A DNA stretch of 64,000 nt, taken from positions 267,274 through 331,273 of the forward strand of contig CAWDYR010000017.1 in the NCBI GenBank assembly GCA_963806555.1, written 5' to 3'. A program made the position numbers and the translations under genes. How positions within the stretch are numbered: position 1 is the first letter of the stretch; each line of letters starts with the position of its first letter. This DNA is from an uncultured Bacteroidales bacterium (GTDB lineage Bacteria > Bacteroidota > Bacteroidia > Bacteroidales > VadinHA17). This document shows, in pieces, positions 51,386-59,842 of this stretch. Below the pieces are notes generated by a model, which had not been told where the DNA came from, searched no databases, and was given only the letters and a program-made list of their open reading frames with translations.

Positions 51386-51670
51386 CTATTTATGATAGTC
51401 AATGATTCTTACTTCACCTGCATTTCCATCTTCCCATTTGAAAACAATTCTCCATTGGTCATTGATCCTGATACTGTAGAAGTTGCTCATTTTCCCTGAT
51501 AACTTTTCCAACATGTTAGAAGGTGGGGTTCTTAAGTCTATGAGGTCCTGTGAGTTGTTAAGCATTCTTAATTTTCTCCTTCCTATTTGTTGGATTTCTG
51601 CCGGTAGATTTTTAACTCTATCACCGTTCCATATTTTCTCAGTCTCCCTGGATCCAAAAGAGGAAATCAT
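51386..51670 (-). CDS. higB: HigB-type toxin (plasmid maintenance system killer, RelE/ParE superfamily)
   Basis: 94 aa: ...RETEKIWNGDRVKNLPAEIQQIGRRKLRMLNNSQDLIDLRTPPSNMLEKLSG...YSIRINDQWRIVFKWEDGNAGEVRIIDYH. It lies 5 nt upstream of higA. Confidence 0.88.
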   Translation of the reverse strand: MISSFGSRETEKIWNGDRVKNLPAEIQQIGRRKLRMLNNSQDLIDLRTPPSNMLEKLSGKMSNFYSIRINDQWRIVFKWEDGNAGEVRIIDYHK

Positions 51671-51860
51671 ACACGTGTCGCGTTACTAACGACAAAGATA
51701 AGTATTATAAATCAAATTGTCAAATCTCAAACGGGATGCTACTACATGACTCATTACGGGAGTCTGTCTGCGTGACAAACAAATGGTTAAAACATGACAC
51801 CACCCGGGGGGGCAGACCAGAGTCTGAAAGTTCTTTAGTAGTTTTATATTCTTAAAAATG

Positions 51861-52829
51861 CTACTCATAGTTTACCAGAGTAATATCGTCAAAATAAGCT
51901 GTCCCTGTTGATTTTCCGTTCAAAATCAAAAACAGGTTGATACTTTCTGTCAATGAGATATAATAGGGGATTTCAACAGCGTATTCAATAAAGTCGGATG
52001 TCCCACTTAAATCTTTTACTCCCTGGGTCGTAGAAAAGAAAGTAAACTTAGGATTCGCATTACCCCTGATTGCAAAGTATACTCCTTTATCAGTAACGTT
52101 ATCTAATTTAATCTTTACCTGGAGAACCAGCTTTGTGGATTGCTTAATACCTTGAGGAATAAGAGTATACACCCAATAAGAAAAATCATCGGTCGAAGTT
52201 GATGGTGAATCAGATTTGATCGCCAGACAAGTGCCCGGTGAAACAAAAACAGAAGAGCTTATTTCTCCTTTACTTGTGCAACCCGGGGATTTAAAGTAAA
52301 GCCAGGAATTTGAAGCCGCATTAATTGTATCCATAAGAATAACTTTTGCAGTTTTTCGTTCAACTGCCCAGTCAGGTTGTGGTGAAGATGGAATGAATAG
52401 TATATCCAGATAGTATTTCCGCTTTTCCGGAGTAAATTCCGAATAGCACGAATAGAAGCCGTTCGGTGCCATAATTGTCGTGAAATCACCATTTGGGAGT
52501 ATTGTATTATCATGCATCCGGCCCAATATTGCATGCCCTAATTCATGGAAAAGTAATATTTCTTTATTAATATCACTGGAATTCTCCCAACAGTAAGACC
52601 GTATTACCACATCGTTAGTCAAACCGTAACCGCAATAGTACTTCAAAGTATCTCCATAAGTAACTTTTAATTTACTGATATCAATTTTGACGTTTCTTAA
52701 ATCAGCTTCAGTCACAAAACGATCAACATATTCCTGAAAGGCGGGATCTATTACAGATTGATCTTCCTTTTTACATGAGTTTGAAAATATCAAACAAGTT
52801 ACTATCATCAGGAGATTAATCCTTTTCAT
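51861..52829 (-). CDS. lipoprotein with an HExxH zinc-metallopeptidase motif (hypothetical)
   Basis: MKRINLLMIVTCLIFSNSC lipobox, then LLFHELGHAILGRMHDN. There is no further family recognition. Confidence 0.55.
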   Translation of the reverse strand: MKRINLLMIVTCLIFSNSCKKEDQSVIDPAFQEYVDRFVTEADLRNVKIDISKLKVTYGDTLKYYCGYGLTNDVVIRSYCWENSSDINKEILLFHELGHAILGRMHDNTILPNGDFTTIMAPNGFYSCYSEFTPEKRKYYLDILFIPSSPQPDWAVERKTAKVILMDTINAASNSWLYFKSPGCTSKGEISSSVFVSPGTCLAIKSDSPSTSTDDFSYWVYTLIPQGIKQSTKLVLQVKIKLDNVTDKGVYFAIRGNANPKFTFFSTTQGVKDLSGTSDFIEYAVEIPYYISLTESINLFLILNGKSTGTAYFDDITLVNYE

Positions 52830-52941
52830 ATGATTTTTGTTTAGGGTTAGCAATGAATTATTAATCACAAAAATTATGCAATTTCTTGTTCTCTTAAGAC
52901 TGAAACTCTCGTATAATCTGCCATCTGGTCGGTTGAATTAA

Positions 52942-53304
52942 TTATTTTCTTTTTATAGTCTGTCTTTTACTATTTGTCATCTCAATAGCAAAATCTTCGT
53001 ATCCTATTTCTTTAATCCTGTTGATACATGCTGACCTGTCTGAATTAAAAATATAACCAAATACTTTTGAAATAAAATTGTTGTATTTTTTGCACTCCAT
53101 TAACTCTATGGTCATACAATCAGCGCAACCTGGAAGTTTATTTTCCATACAACACTGTCTGATCTTACACCATGAAGCTTTAATATTATCTTTACATCCC
53201 GGACATTTTTCCTTTAAATAAGATCTGCAAGCTCCGCAATATAATCCACAGAAGGCTATCAGACTCTGATCAGCCACTATTTCTTTTTGGTTTGTTGCTT
53301 TCAT
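52942..53304 (-). CDS. DUF3795 Cys-rich protein
   Basis: FCGLYCGACRSYLKEKCPGCKDN...WCKIRQCC...CADC. It is a paralog of 62063..62494. Confidence 0.7.
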   Translation of the reverse strand: MKATNQKEIVADQSLIAFCGLYCGACRSYLKEKCPGCKDNIKASWCKIRQCCMENKLPGCADCMTIELMECKKYNNFISKVFGYIFNSDRSACINRIKEIGYEDFAIEMTNSKRQTIKRK

Positions 53305-53473
53305 ATTTCTGATATTATTAGTGTTTCTTCCTCAATTCTTTCGGTGAAATCTTTTTCACTTAATTTATGTCTTTGCCTGTTTCAAATATATAAAAATTGT
53401 CCTTTTCTATATGGCTTTGAAGTTATGGTTAAGCCTTTTTGTCCGATTAAAATGGTGATCAAGCTGGGCTTAA

Positions 53474-53551
53474 ACTTAACGGCCCGGTAGTATGGTAAGT
53501 TGCCGTCGGAGCCTGCCCTGAGTACAGTGTATAGAGCCCTATGTATTAGCT
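53474..53551 (-). other. degenerate member of the short attC-like element family
   Basis: ACTTAAC...TATAGAGCCCTATGTATTAGC shares the ...TATAG(A/T)G(C/T)CCTATG(T/A)RT(T/A)AGC arm with 55875..55933 and 58561..58616, but its two arms no longer pair well. Confidence 0.3.
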
Positions 53552-53723
53552 CGTCCTATTTATTTAACTGCTTATCCCTTTCGGTCAAGTAAAATATAAT
53601 ATGACAATCGGTAATCATGAATTAATCAAGTGTTACATAAGTAAATTTATAACCCCTTCCCTCCTGATATCTTAAAAACCGCGGAGCGGTTACAACAAGG
53701 AAGCCACTTATGTGGCGATATGT

Positions 53724-54384
53724 GAATAACCTCCGGTGAAACCGGAGGTTGGCAATCCCCCCAGACTTCTCAGCTCTGGAGGAGCTGAATTTGCTATCTA
53801 AGGAAAATATCTTTCATCTATCTTTATACCGGATTGCATAATCAGGCTCCTGTACTCCTCCTCAAAACTCTTTTTCTTATGATGCTCTTGCTGGTTCTTG
53901 ATATAGTCTATTAGATCTCCCAGATCCTTATATGAGCAGGTGAAGGATCCATATCCATCGGCCCATCCGTCAAATGATGGGAAAAGTCCTCTTTCCTTCA
54001 TCCATACCGATGTTGAAACTTTCAACTCCCTCATGAAATCTGATAGTGCATATGAGGGGTGTAGATCGGTCAGAATGTGCAAGTGATTTTCGGTACCGTT
54101 TATACGATACAGATGACTGTTCTTGTTTTTTATTATCCCTGTAATGTAAGAGAAGAGCTGCTCAGCATGCTCCAGATTTACTGAAGCCATGCTGTTTTTT
54201 GTCCTGAACACAATGTGGTACAGTAACTGGCGATAGCTTGACATGGTGATAAAGATTAAGTTAATAATACAACGAGACAAAAGCAAGGTATTAATTTTGC
54301 ACTTAAAATGCAAGTATATTAAGGCCCTTCAGGGCTTGACGTCGGGAGAGATGGCCTTACCTCCGGTTGCACCGGAGGTTATTC
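53724..54384 (-). mobile_element. IS200/RAYT-type unit: Y1 transposase gene flanked by inverted copies of a 26-nt hairpin repeat
   Basis: The left repeat is GAATAACCTCCGGTGAAACCGGAGGT (53724-53750). The right repeat, reverse-complemented, is GAATAACCTCCGGTGCAACCGGAGGT (54359-54384). Each contains a CCTCCGGT/ACCGGAGG stem. Confidence 0.7.
53798..54244 (-). CDS. IS200-like / REP-associated tyrosine (Y1, HUH) transposase
   Basis: MSSYRQLLYHIVFRTKN...ENHLHILTDL (HUH)...SVWMKERG...GYGSFTCSYKDL...YIKNQQEHH is the typical Y1_Tnp pattern. Confidence 0.8.
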   Translation of the reverse strand: MSSYRQLLYHIVFRTKNSMASVNLEHAEQLFSYITGIIKNKNSHLYRINGTENHLHILTDLHPSYALSDFMRELKVSTSVWMKERGLFPSFDGWADGYGSFTCSYKDLGDLIDYIKNQQEHHKKKSFEEEYRSLIMQSGIKIDERYFP

Positions 54385-54712
54385 ATATTCAGTCATTTTA
54401 ATGACTGCTTTGTCAAGCCCCTGATAGGGCTTTGGATTCGAGTTAATTTTCGTTCCCGCATAGTATAGGGGAGGTGTAGAAATAGGAAATAGCCATCCAA
54501 TAACCTGGGATTGAAGCAAATTACTAAAAATGTTAGCTACTTGTTTAAAGGGGATAAGCAGTTTTATTTAATCAGTTAATATATTCTTTTTGATTGATCC
54601 AATAAGTAATATCGGATTATCCATAGGATTTAATCCTTCCTGAATCTTTTGAAGTTGATTAGAGAGATCTGGTCGTATTGAATGATTCTCATTCGATTTA
54701 TTATTTGTCAAT

Positions 54713-55785
54713 TCAATATGGATTATATATAACACAAATTTTATTTTCAGGTAATAAGGTTGGAAAATTTAGTATTTCACCATTACATTCTTGTATCTTA
54801 CCTGTTATATCATCGGTATATGATTTAATCTTTAAAAAGGATCTGTCTGCTTTATTAAGGAAATAATAATATCTATCATAATTGGATAAAGTCCAACTGC
54901 CTTCCTGACTCTGTCCTGTGTAAATACTTTCATTCAATAGAATAAAACCAGAATTGTCAACTTGTGGAAATCCAACCCTGCTTTCTCCAATTTCGAAGCC
55001 CATTGAACGCATGTAGTTCCTTTGAGAATTGTAAGAGACTATAAGATAAGGGGATAAATTATTGTTACTATACCTGAAAAGGGTATCATCATAAACATAA
55101 TAAGAGTAGATGTCATTTTCTCCCTGACAAAATAGTAATCTCTGGACTGTTTCTTCATTAAGTCTTGCATCCAGAACTTTTCGTGAATTGGTAATACCAG
55201 TGATTAAATCGCCTTTAAAATTCTGGCTGAACATGGCATATCGATTTGTATCAACATGTATGGAAACCATTGATCCCAAAATCAGAGAATCATTATATAC
55301 TAAAAAAGTACCCCAGGGGCCCGGGAAACATTTCTTAATGGGATCTAAGAATATCTCTTTTTCGATATCATAGATCTGAAATCTATCTTTGTTTTGTAAT
55401 CTGTCTGCGATAAACAGCAGACCTCTACTTTTATAAAAATAATAATCAATAACAGAAGAAAGTTCTTCCGGCCCTCTTCCAAATTTTATCATCTTTCTTA
55501 CGAAGTGACCATCGGATGTGAACTTATAAATGCCATTCATATCAATGACAATAATATTGTCTTTTGCAAGAATAATTCTTGGATTAAGCCCAATTAAGGA
55601 CTCTGGAGTTGTTTCCAGCCTGACGAAATTATAACTGTCAATTAAATCGCTAAGCTTTAAGTCGATAGTTGTTTTGCAATTATCAAAACTTACATTAAAA
55701 CCGACTTATCTTGATTTTTAAGTTTTTGATTAGTACATGATACAAGGATAATTGCAAGAAATAGAAAAGCAAGTTTCGGTTTCAT
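54713..55785 (-). pseudogene. 6-bladed beta-propeller lipoprotein (BF3164-like), apparent frameshift near 55700
   Basis: An upstream piece, MKPKLAFLFLAIILVSCTNQKLKNQDKS (lipobox), in another frame joins ...FDNCKTTIDLKLSDLIDSYNFVRLETTPESLIG...IVIDMNGIYKFTSDGHFV... Confidence 0.65.
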
Positions 55786-55874
55786 AGTCAGGAGCATTTA
55801 ATTATTTGAGATTCAATTATAATATTGAATACCTTTATGTAGGATTTGTCCTTAATGTGCGATTGGCATGAATG

Positions 55875-55933
55875 CTAACGGCAGTCAACGTGGGCTCGGG
55901 TGCTGCGCACCGTATAGAGTCCTATGAATAAGC
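55875..55933 (-). other. short attC-like element (core box decayed)
   Basis: Minus strand: GCTTATT-CATAGGACTC-TATA-CGGTGCGCAGCACCC-GAGCCCAC-GTTGACTGCCGTTAGC. GGGCTC/GAGTCC and central GGGTGC/GCACC stems are present. It lies 15 nt after the stop of the upstream ORF. Confidence 0.45.
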
Positions 55934-55948
55934 TGTTGTATGTTATTG

Positions 55949-56767
55949 TTAATCAAGAGATTTAATCTCAAACAAATATGGCCAGAATTTGCCTGTAACA
56001 AATATTTTATCTCTTTTTGAGTCATATGCAATACCATTGGTTGCTTCAGATAATGGATTTTCTTTTCTGGCTCTTATAGATAGGTTTGTTAAATCAATTA
56101 ATGCCACGATCTTACCATTGGCTGGATCAATTTTTGCGATAAAATTAGTTGTCCAAATATTTGCGTAGATAAAACCATTTATATATTCCAACTCATTAGT
56201 ATAAAGGGCAGATGATCCATTATATGTGACATTGATCCTTTTTATTTCTGTAAGGCTGTCCGGATCCCAATAATAAAGATAATTAGTCCCATCACTCATT
56301 ATTATTGATTGTCCATCGGTAGTCATCCCCCAACCTTCATTGTTTTTGTAACTGAATGAACCAATCTGTTTAAAATCCCTGGCATTATAAATGAATCCGA
56401 TCTGGTTTTTATAAGTCAATTGGAAAAGTCTATCATCTAAGAATATAATACCCTCACCGAAATATTTGTTACGATCTATTTCCACCTTAACGTCAATCTC
56501 ACCAGTCTTAAGATTTAAAGGTCCTATTACAGACTTTGTATTTGGATAGTTTTCCGGGGAACCGGTACTTTCATAAAGTTTGCCATCATAAAAAACCAGT
56601 CCCTCTGTATAGGAATTGATACTATGAGGATAAGTCTTTGTTACAGAATATTTAATAATCTTGATACCATTGAGATCATTAATCTCAGCTTGTGATTTTG
56701 GTTTTTGTTTACTTGTGCAACTAATGACCAGGAAAATGCCAAAAACTGAAAGAAAGCCTTTTATCAT
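55949..56767 (-). CDS. glutaminyl-peptide cyclotransferase (bacterial/plant beta-propeller type)
   Basis: YPHSINSYTEGLVFYDGKLYESTG...GEGIIFLDDRLFQLTYKNQIGFIY...EGWGMTTDG...LNELEYINGFIYANIW. Signal/lipobox VISCTS. Start taken at MIKGF. Confidence 0.75.
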   Translation of the reverse strand: MIKGFLSVFGIFLVISCTSKQKPKSQAEINDLNGIKIIKYSVTKTYPHSINSYTEGLVFYDGKLYESTGSPENYPNTKSVIGPLNLKTGEIDVKVEIDRNKYFGEGIIFLDDRLFQLTYKNQIGFIYNARDFKQIGSFSYKNNEGWGMTTDGQSIIMSDGTNYLYYWDPDSLTEIKRINVTYNGSSALYTNELEYINGFIYANIWTTNFIAKIDPANGKIVALIDLTNLSIRARKENPLSEATNGIAYDSKRDKIFVTGKFWPYLFEIKSLD

Positions 56768-56804
56768 AGATTCTCGATTGTAGATTGTAGTTTTCTTTTT
56801 TGCA

Positions 56805-56843
56805 AGGTTCATCTATCACGGGCTTGATTTTACCGGCTTCGAA
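56805..56843 (-). pseudogene. 39-bp relic of a third MDR oxidoreductase copy
   Basis: AAGGTTCATCTATCACGGGCTTGATTTTACCGGCTTCGAA matches 49075..49113 with 1 mismatch (encoding FEAGKIKPVIDEP). Confidence 0.7.
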
Positions 56844-56892
56844 TGCCTTGAACGCAGGTGTGCGCTTTTGGTGCGATGTAAATTTCAATCGT

Positions 56893-57570
56893 TTACCATA
56901 AGAATGGAATAATCTTATATCGCACCTTTTTTTTATATTCGATATAACCGTCTAATCCTTTTTCTAATATAAACTCTTCGTTCTTCATTCTCGTGCTCAT
57001 CTGAAGCGGGAATATTATTAATGGAATTAATGCATAGAATGACCCTAATACCAGTGGCATAAACATAAAGATTAGTATAGCTGCAGAGTACATAGGATGT
57101 CTTACAATGCCGTATAGTCCTGAATCAATGACTTTTTGCTTTTCCTGGATTTCTACCACTCTGGATGCATATGAATTCTGACGCATAACCATAAAGAACA
57201 GAATGTAACCTGTCAGCACGATGATAGCAGATATTACTACAACCGGCAATGGAACTGACGACCACTGAAATCTATAATCTAATCCTGATATAATGAATGC
57301 TGACAAAAATATTATTGATGTAAGCAAAACGACTTTCTTTTGTGTCTTTTCTTTTTCGTTTGTATTCATGCGCTTAAATAAAAGTTCAGGGTCACGGGTT
57401 ATCAGATAAACTATCACAAATAGCATTGGAATAAACAATACTCCCATAAAAAGCCATGCATTCCAGAATTTGATTGATCCGGCCGGAATAAACAGCAGAG
57501 CTGAAATAATTATAGTCGCAGGAATAAATCTGGCTAATGCCATGCTTATTAGCTGTTGCTTCTTGTACAT
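56893..57570 (-). CDS. isoprenylcysteine carboxyl methyltransferase (ICMT/PEMT) family membrane protein
   Basis: 5-6 TM segments and a C-terminal GLYGIVRHPMYSAAILIFMFMPLVLGS motif. Confidence 0.75.
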   Translation of the reverse strand: MYKKQQLISMALARFIPATIIISALLFIPAGSIKFWNAWLFMGVLFIPMLFVIVYLITRDPELLFKRMNTNEKEKTQKKVVLLTSIIFLSAFIISGLDYRFQWSSVPLPVVVISAIIVLTGYILFFMVMRQNSYASRVVEIQEKQKVIDSGLYGIVRHPMYSAAILIFMFMPLVLGSFYALIPLIIFPLQMSTRMKNEEFILEKGLDGYIEYKKKVRYKIIPFLW

Positions 57571-57646
57571 TTTAATAAGTTTAAGTCGGTGGTTAATATT
57601 AAGAAAAAGTTCAAGGTCATGTTTTAAATTTTTACAAATCTTATTT

Positions 57647-57922
57647 TCAAAATTTAACTTGAGGTTGGTTCATCTCATATAAATAAATGTATGAACTAAA
57701 AAGTTCGATACCAAAGATTTTGTTATTTTCTTCATCAACATCCATTTTGAGAATTTTTGGTGTCAATTTGAAAAGAATCGGAGGGGTGCCTGAATCTTCC
57801 CATGTGGTTTTAATTAAAGAAACAGTATCTGTTATTTCACGGTTATCAACATTAAGATCGATATCCAATGCATAAATGAAACTTTGGGTAGAAGAAACTG
57901 ATGTCAGCTTGTCATCAGGCAA
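57647..57922 (-). CDS. hypothetical 91-aa protein (TTG start; possibly a gene fragment)
   Basis: Only the ORF supports it; no motif was recognised. It starts 28 nt after the arr stop. Confidence 0.3.
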   Translation of the reverse strand: MPDDKLTSVSSTQSFIYALDIDLNVDNREITDTVSLIKTTWEDSGTPPILFKLTPKILKMDVDEENNKIFGIELFSSYIYLYEMNQPQVKF

Positions 57923-57950
57923 TCAATGGGGTGGTCGGGGTTCGTAGGGT

Positions 57951-58379
57951 TTAGTCCTCAATTGCCTCAATACCTTGTTGCCTGAGTCGTTCAAGGTTGT
58001 CTTTCATAGTCTTAAGCTGCTCCGGTGTATGTCCCTGCCATTCTGTAATTTCACTTATGACCCTAAGCGGAAACATAGAACGGTATGACTTTGTCGGATT
58101 ACCTGGGAATCTTTTGTCAGTTAAGTTTGGATCGTCCTCAATTGGGCCTGTTGGCTCTACTATATAAATTCTTTCACATCCTTCACCCAAAGCAAGTTCA
58201 GCACCCCAGATTGCAGCATCCAGGGTGGCTGTCAGGTAGATATATTTTGCCTTCTTTCTCTGTCCGTAATTTGAATGAAAGCCGGGTTCAATAAGGTCCC
58301 CTTCTTTCAAATCTGCCTTTGTCCCATGATAGAATGTCACTGAGATCTGGCTGTTAGTCGTTGCTGTTGATTTGTCCAT
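57951..58379 (-). CDS. arr: NAD+--rifampin ADP-ribosyltransferase
   Basis: FYHGTKADLKEGDLIEPG...YIYLTATLDAAIWGAELA...IYIVEPTGPIEDDPNLTDKRFPGNPTKSYRSMFPLRV...WQGH...IEAIED tracks my recollection of Arr-2/Arr-3 almost block for block. Confidence 0.88.
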   Translation of the reverse strand: MDKSTATTNSQISVTFYHGTKADLKEGDLIEPGFHSNYGQRKKAKYIYLTATLDAAIWGAELALGEGCERIYIVEPTGPIEDDPNLTDKRFPGNPTKSYRSMFPLRVISEITEWQGHTPEQLKTMKDNLERLRQQGIEAIED

Positions 58380-58492
58380 CTCTGTCGCTACCAGGCAGGC
58401 AGGGTTTGTATTGTGTACACCTTAAAAACCATTCATAAATTCAACAGCTTCAGCCGTTCTTTTGACTGAAGAAAGTTTTCGTATCTTTTTTT

Positions 58493-58546
58493 CAAGACCG
58501 CAGGACCGCAAGACCGCAGGACCGCAAGACCACAAGACCACAAGAC
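58493..58546. repeat. 6.75 tandem copies of an 8-bp unit (CARGACCR)
   Basis: CAAGACCG CAGGACCG CAAGACCG CAGGACCG CAAGACCA CAAGACCA CAAGAC, in the 5' leader of arr. Confidence 0.9.
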
Positions 58547-58560
58547 TTTTTTGGGATTTA

Positions 58561-58616
58561 TTTCAACGTGGGCATTACCGGGTGCTGCGCACCCTATAGT
58601 GCCCTATGTGTTAGCA
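58561..58616 (-). other. short (56-nt) attC-like recombination site candidate
   Basis: Minus strand: TGCTAAC-ACATA-GGGCA-C-TATA-GGGTGC-GCA-GCACCC-GGTAA-TGCCC-AC-GTTGAAA. Pairings are AAC/GTT, GGGCA/TGCCC and a central 6-bp stem. The 5' arm is longer (ACATA against AC). It starts 10 nt after the ABC gene stop. Confidence 0.55.
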
Positions 58617-58625
58617 CATGTATTG

Positions 58626-59291
58626 TTATTGTCTCTCTGGCAGATATCCCCAAATAATCAGGTCTTGTTTTGTTTTTACTGGTTTTAGTCCCCCATCAAA
58701 TAGTTGGTAATATTTGTTTGCAACATCGAGTACATTTCTGTAATCGTGGTCAGTCAGGATAATCCCTTTTTTAATGGATTTGTCCTGGATCATGTTTCTA
58801 ACTAGCTCTATATGAAGAGGTGAAATCCCATTAAAAGGTTCGTCCAGAAGGACAAAGATAGAATCCAAATTCAGTAGTAATTTGACCTCCAGATATCTTG
58901 ATTCTCCACCAGATAAATTGCCAATTTTAGTCCCGGTTACTTTTGAAAGTACTTCATCTTCAAGAAATACTTTTTGATCAAAGTCATCAGAATATATCTC
59001 AACCACCTTGTTTACTGTAATGTTTTTGGGTAAAAAATTGTCCTGCGGGAGATATGAGATAATGTTTTTTGACTTAAAAGGTTGGGTTAGTACTTCATCA
59101 TTGATCCTGATGAATTTGTAGTCGGTAAAAAGAGTTCCAAAAATTATCTTTAGTAAGGTTGTTTTGCCTGTTCCGTTTCTTCCAAGAATTCCAATAATAT
59201 CTCCCGGCCGGCATTTTAGAGCAATATCTGTCAAAACCTGTTTGTCCCCAAATGATTTGCGAATACTGTCGACTTCAAGCAGGTTAGACAT
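58626..59291 (-). CDS. ABC transporter ATP-binding protein
   Basis: Walker A GRNGTGKTT, signature LSGGESRY and Walker B FVLLDEPF. 221 aa. Confidence 0.85.
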   Translation of the reverse strand: MSNLLEVDSIRKSFGDKQVLTDIALKCRPGDIIGILGRNGTGKTTLLKIIFGTLFTDYKFIRINDEVLTQPFKSKNIISYLPQDNFLPKNITVNKVVEIYSDDFDQKVFLEDEVLSKVTGTKIGNLSGGESRYLEVKLLLNLDSIFVLLDEPFNGISPLHIELVRNMIQDKSIKKGIILTDHDYRNVLDVANKYYQLFDGGLKPVKTKQDLIIWGYLPERQ

Positions 59292-59616
59292 ACTGTAAAA
59301 TGTATAATAATGGTAGAATGAATATCAAATGCAGGGTGTATGTGAGTATCAATAGTTTGATTTTGCTTATCCCCATGTTATAATAGAAATAGTATTCGTT
59401 TTTTCTGCTTATCTCAAAGTAGTATGCAGAAAGGAGGAAACCACCAGTCATTATCCAGAATGCAAAGGCTGAAATTACGAGAAACATTGGGGAGTGTGAA
59501 GATTCTTTTGAAAGAAGCAAGTAGGATAAAAATGTCAAGACAGTTGAAAAAACGATATTTAATTTCAGAATTGTCTTATTATAAGGCAGAAGAAGTCTAG
59601 TCATGTCTTGTCCCAA
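59284..59616 (-). CDS. 110-aa membrane protein translationally coupled to the ABC ATPase
   Basis: Three hydrophobic helices and an 8-nt overlap with the downstream ATPase gene. Confidence 0.5.
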   Translation of the reverse strand: MGQDMTRLLLPYNKTILKLNIVFSTVLTFLSYLLLSKESSHSPMFLVISAFAFWIMTGGFLLSAYYFEISRKNEYYFYYNMGISKIKLLILTYTLHLIFILPLLYILQYV

Positions 59617-59764
59617 TTGAATATGTTGTTAGCATATGTATTTTTTAGCCGCGCGATGGAAGAGTCCCCGTCGACAGTATCTATCGTATTGATTTTCAAG
59701 TTTTCTAAGGCCGTAGAGAGTCGAAGACACTGACCGACTGAAAGGAGCGTCAGTGCGAAGCATG

Positions 59765-59809
59765 GGTTTTGTTGTGACAAAAAAATGACTTTTATTGTCC
59801 GTGTTAGCG
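59765..59809 (-). other. conserved ~45-nt attC-arm module (inverse-core side)
   Basis: Minus strand: CGCTAACACGGACAATAAAAGTCATTTTTTTGTCACAAC. It is homologous to 50078-50122, 61179-61224 and 63628-63673. The partner arm here was not identified. Confidence 0.4.
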
Positions 59810-59842
59810 TTTCGTTCAGGCTTAATTAATTATCATGATATC

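Noticed and set aside
52847-52853. GTTAGCA boxes just upstream of start codons (52847 and 59628) as cassette boundaries
   Set aside because: No complementary arm lies within 150 nt outside coding sequence. This could be chance or relics, and the evidence is not enough to call them sites.
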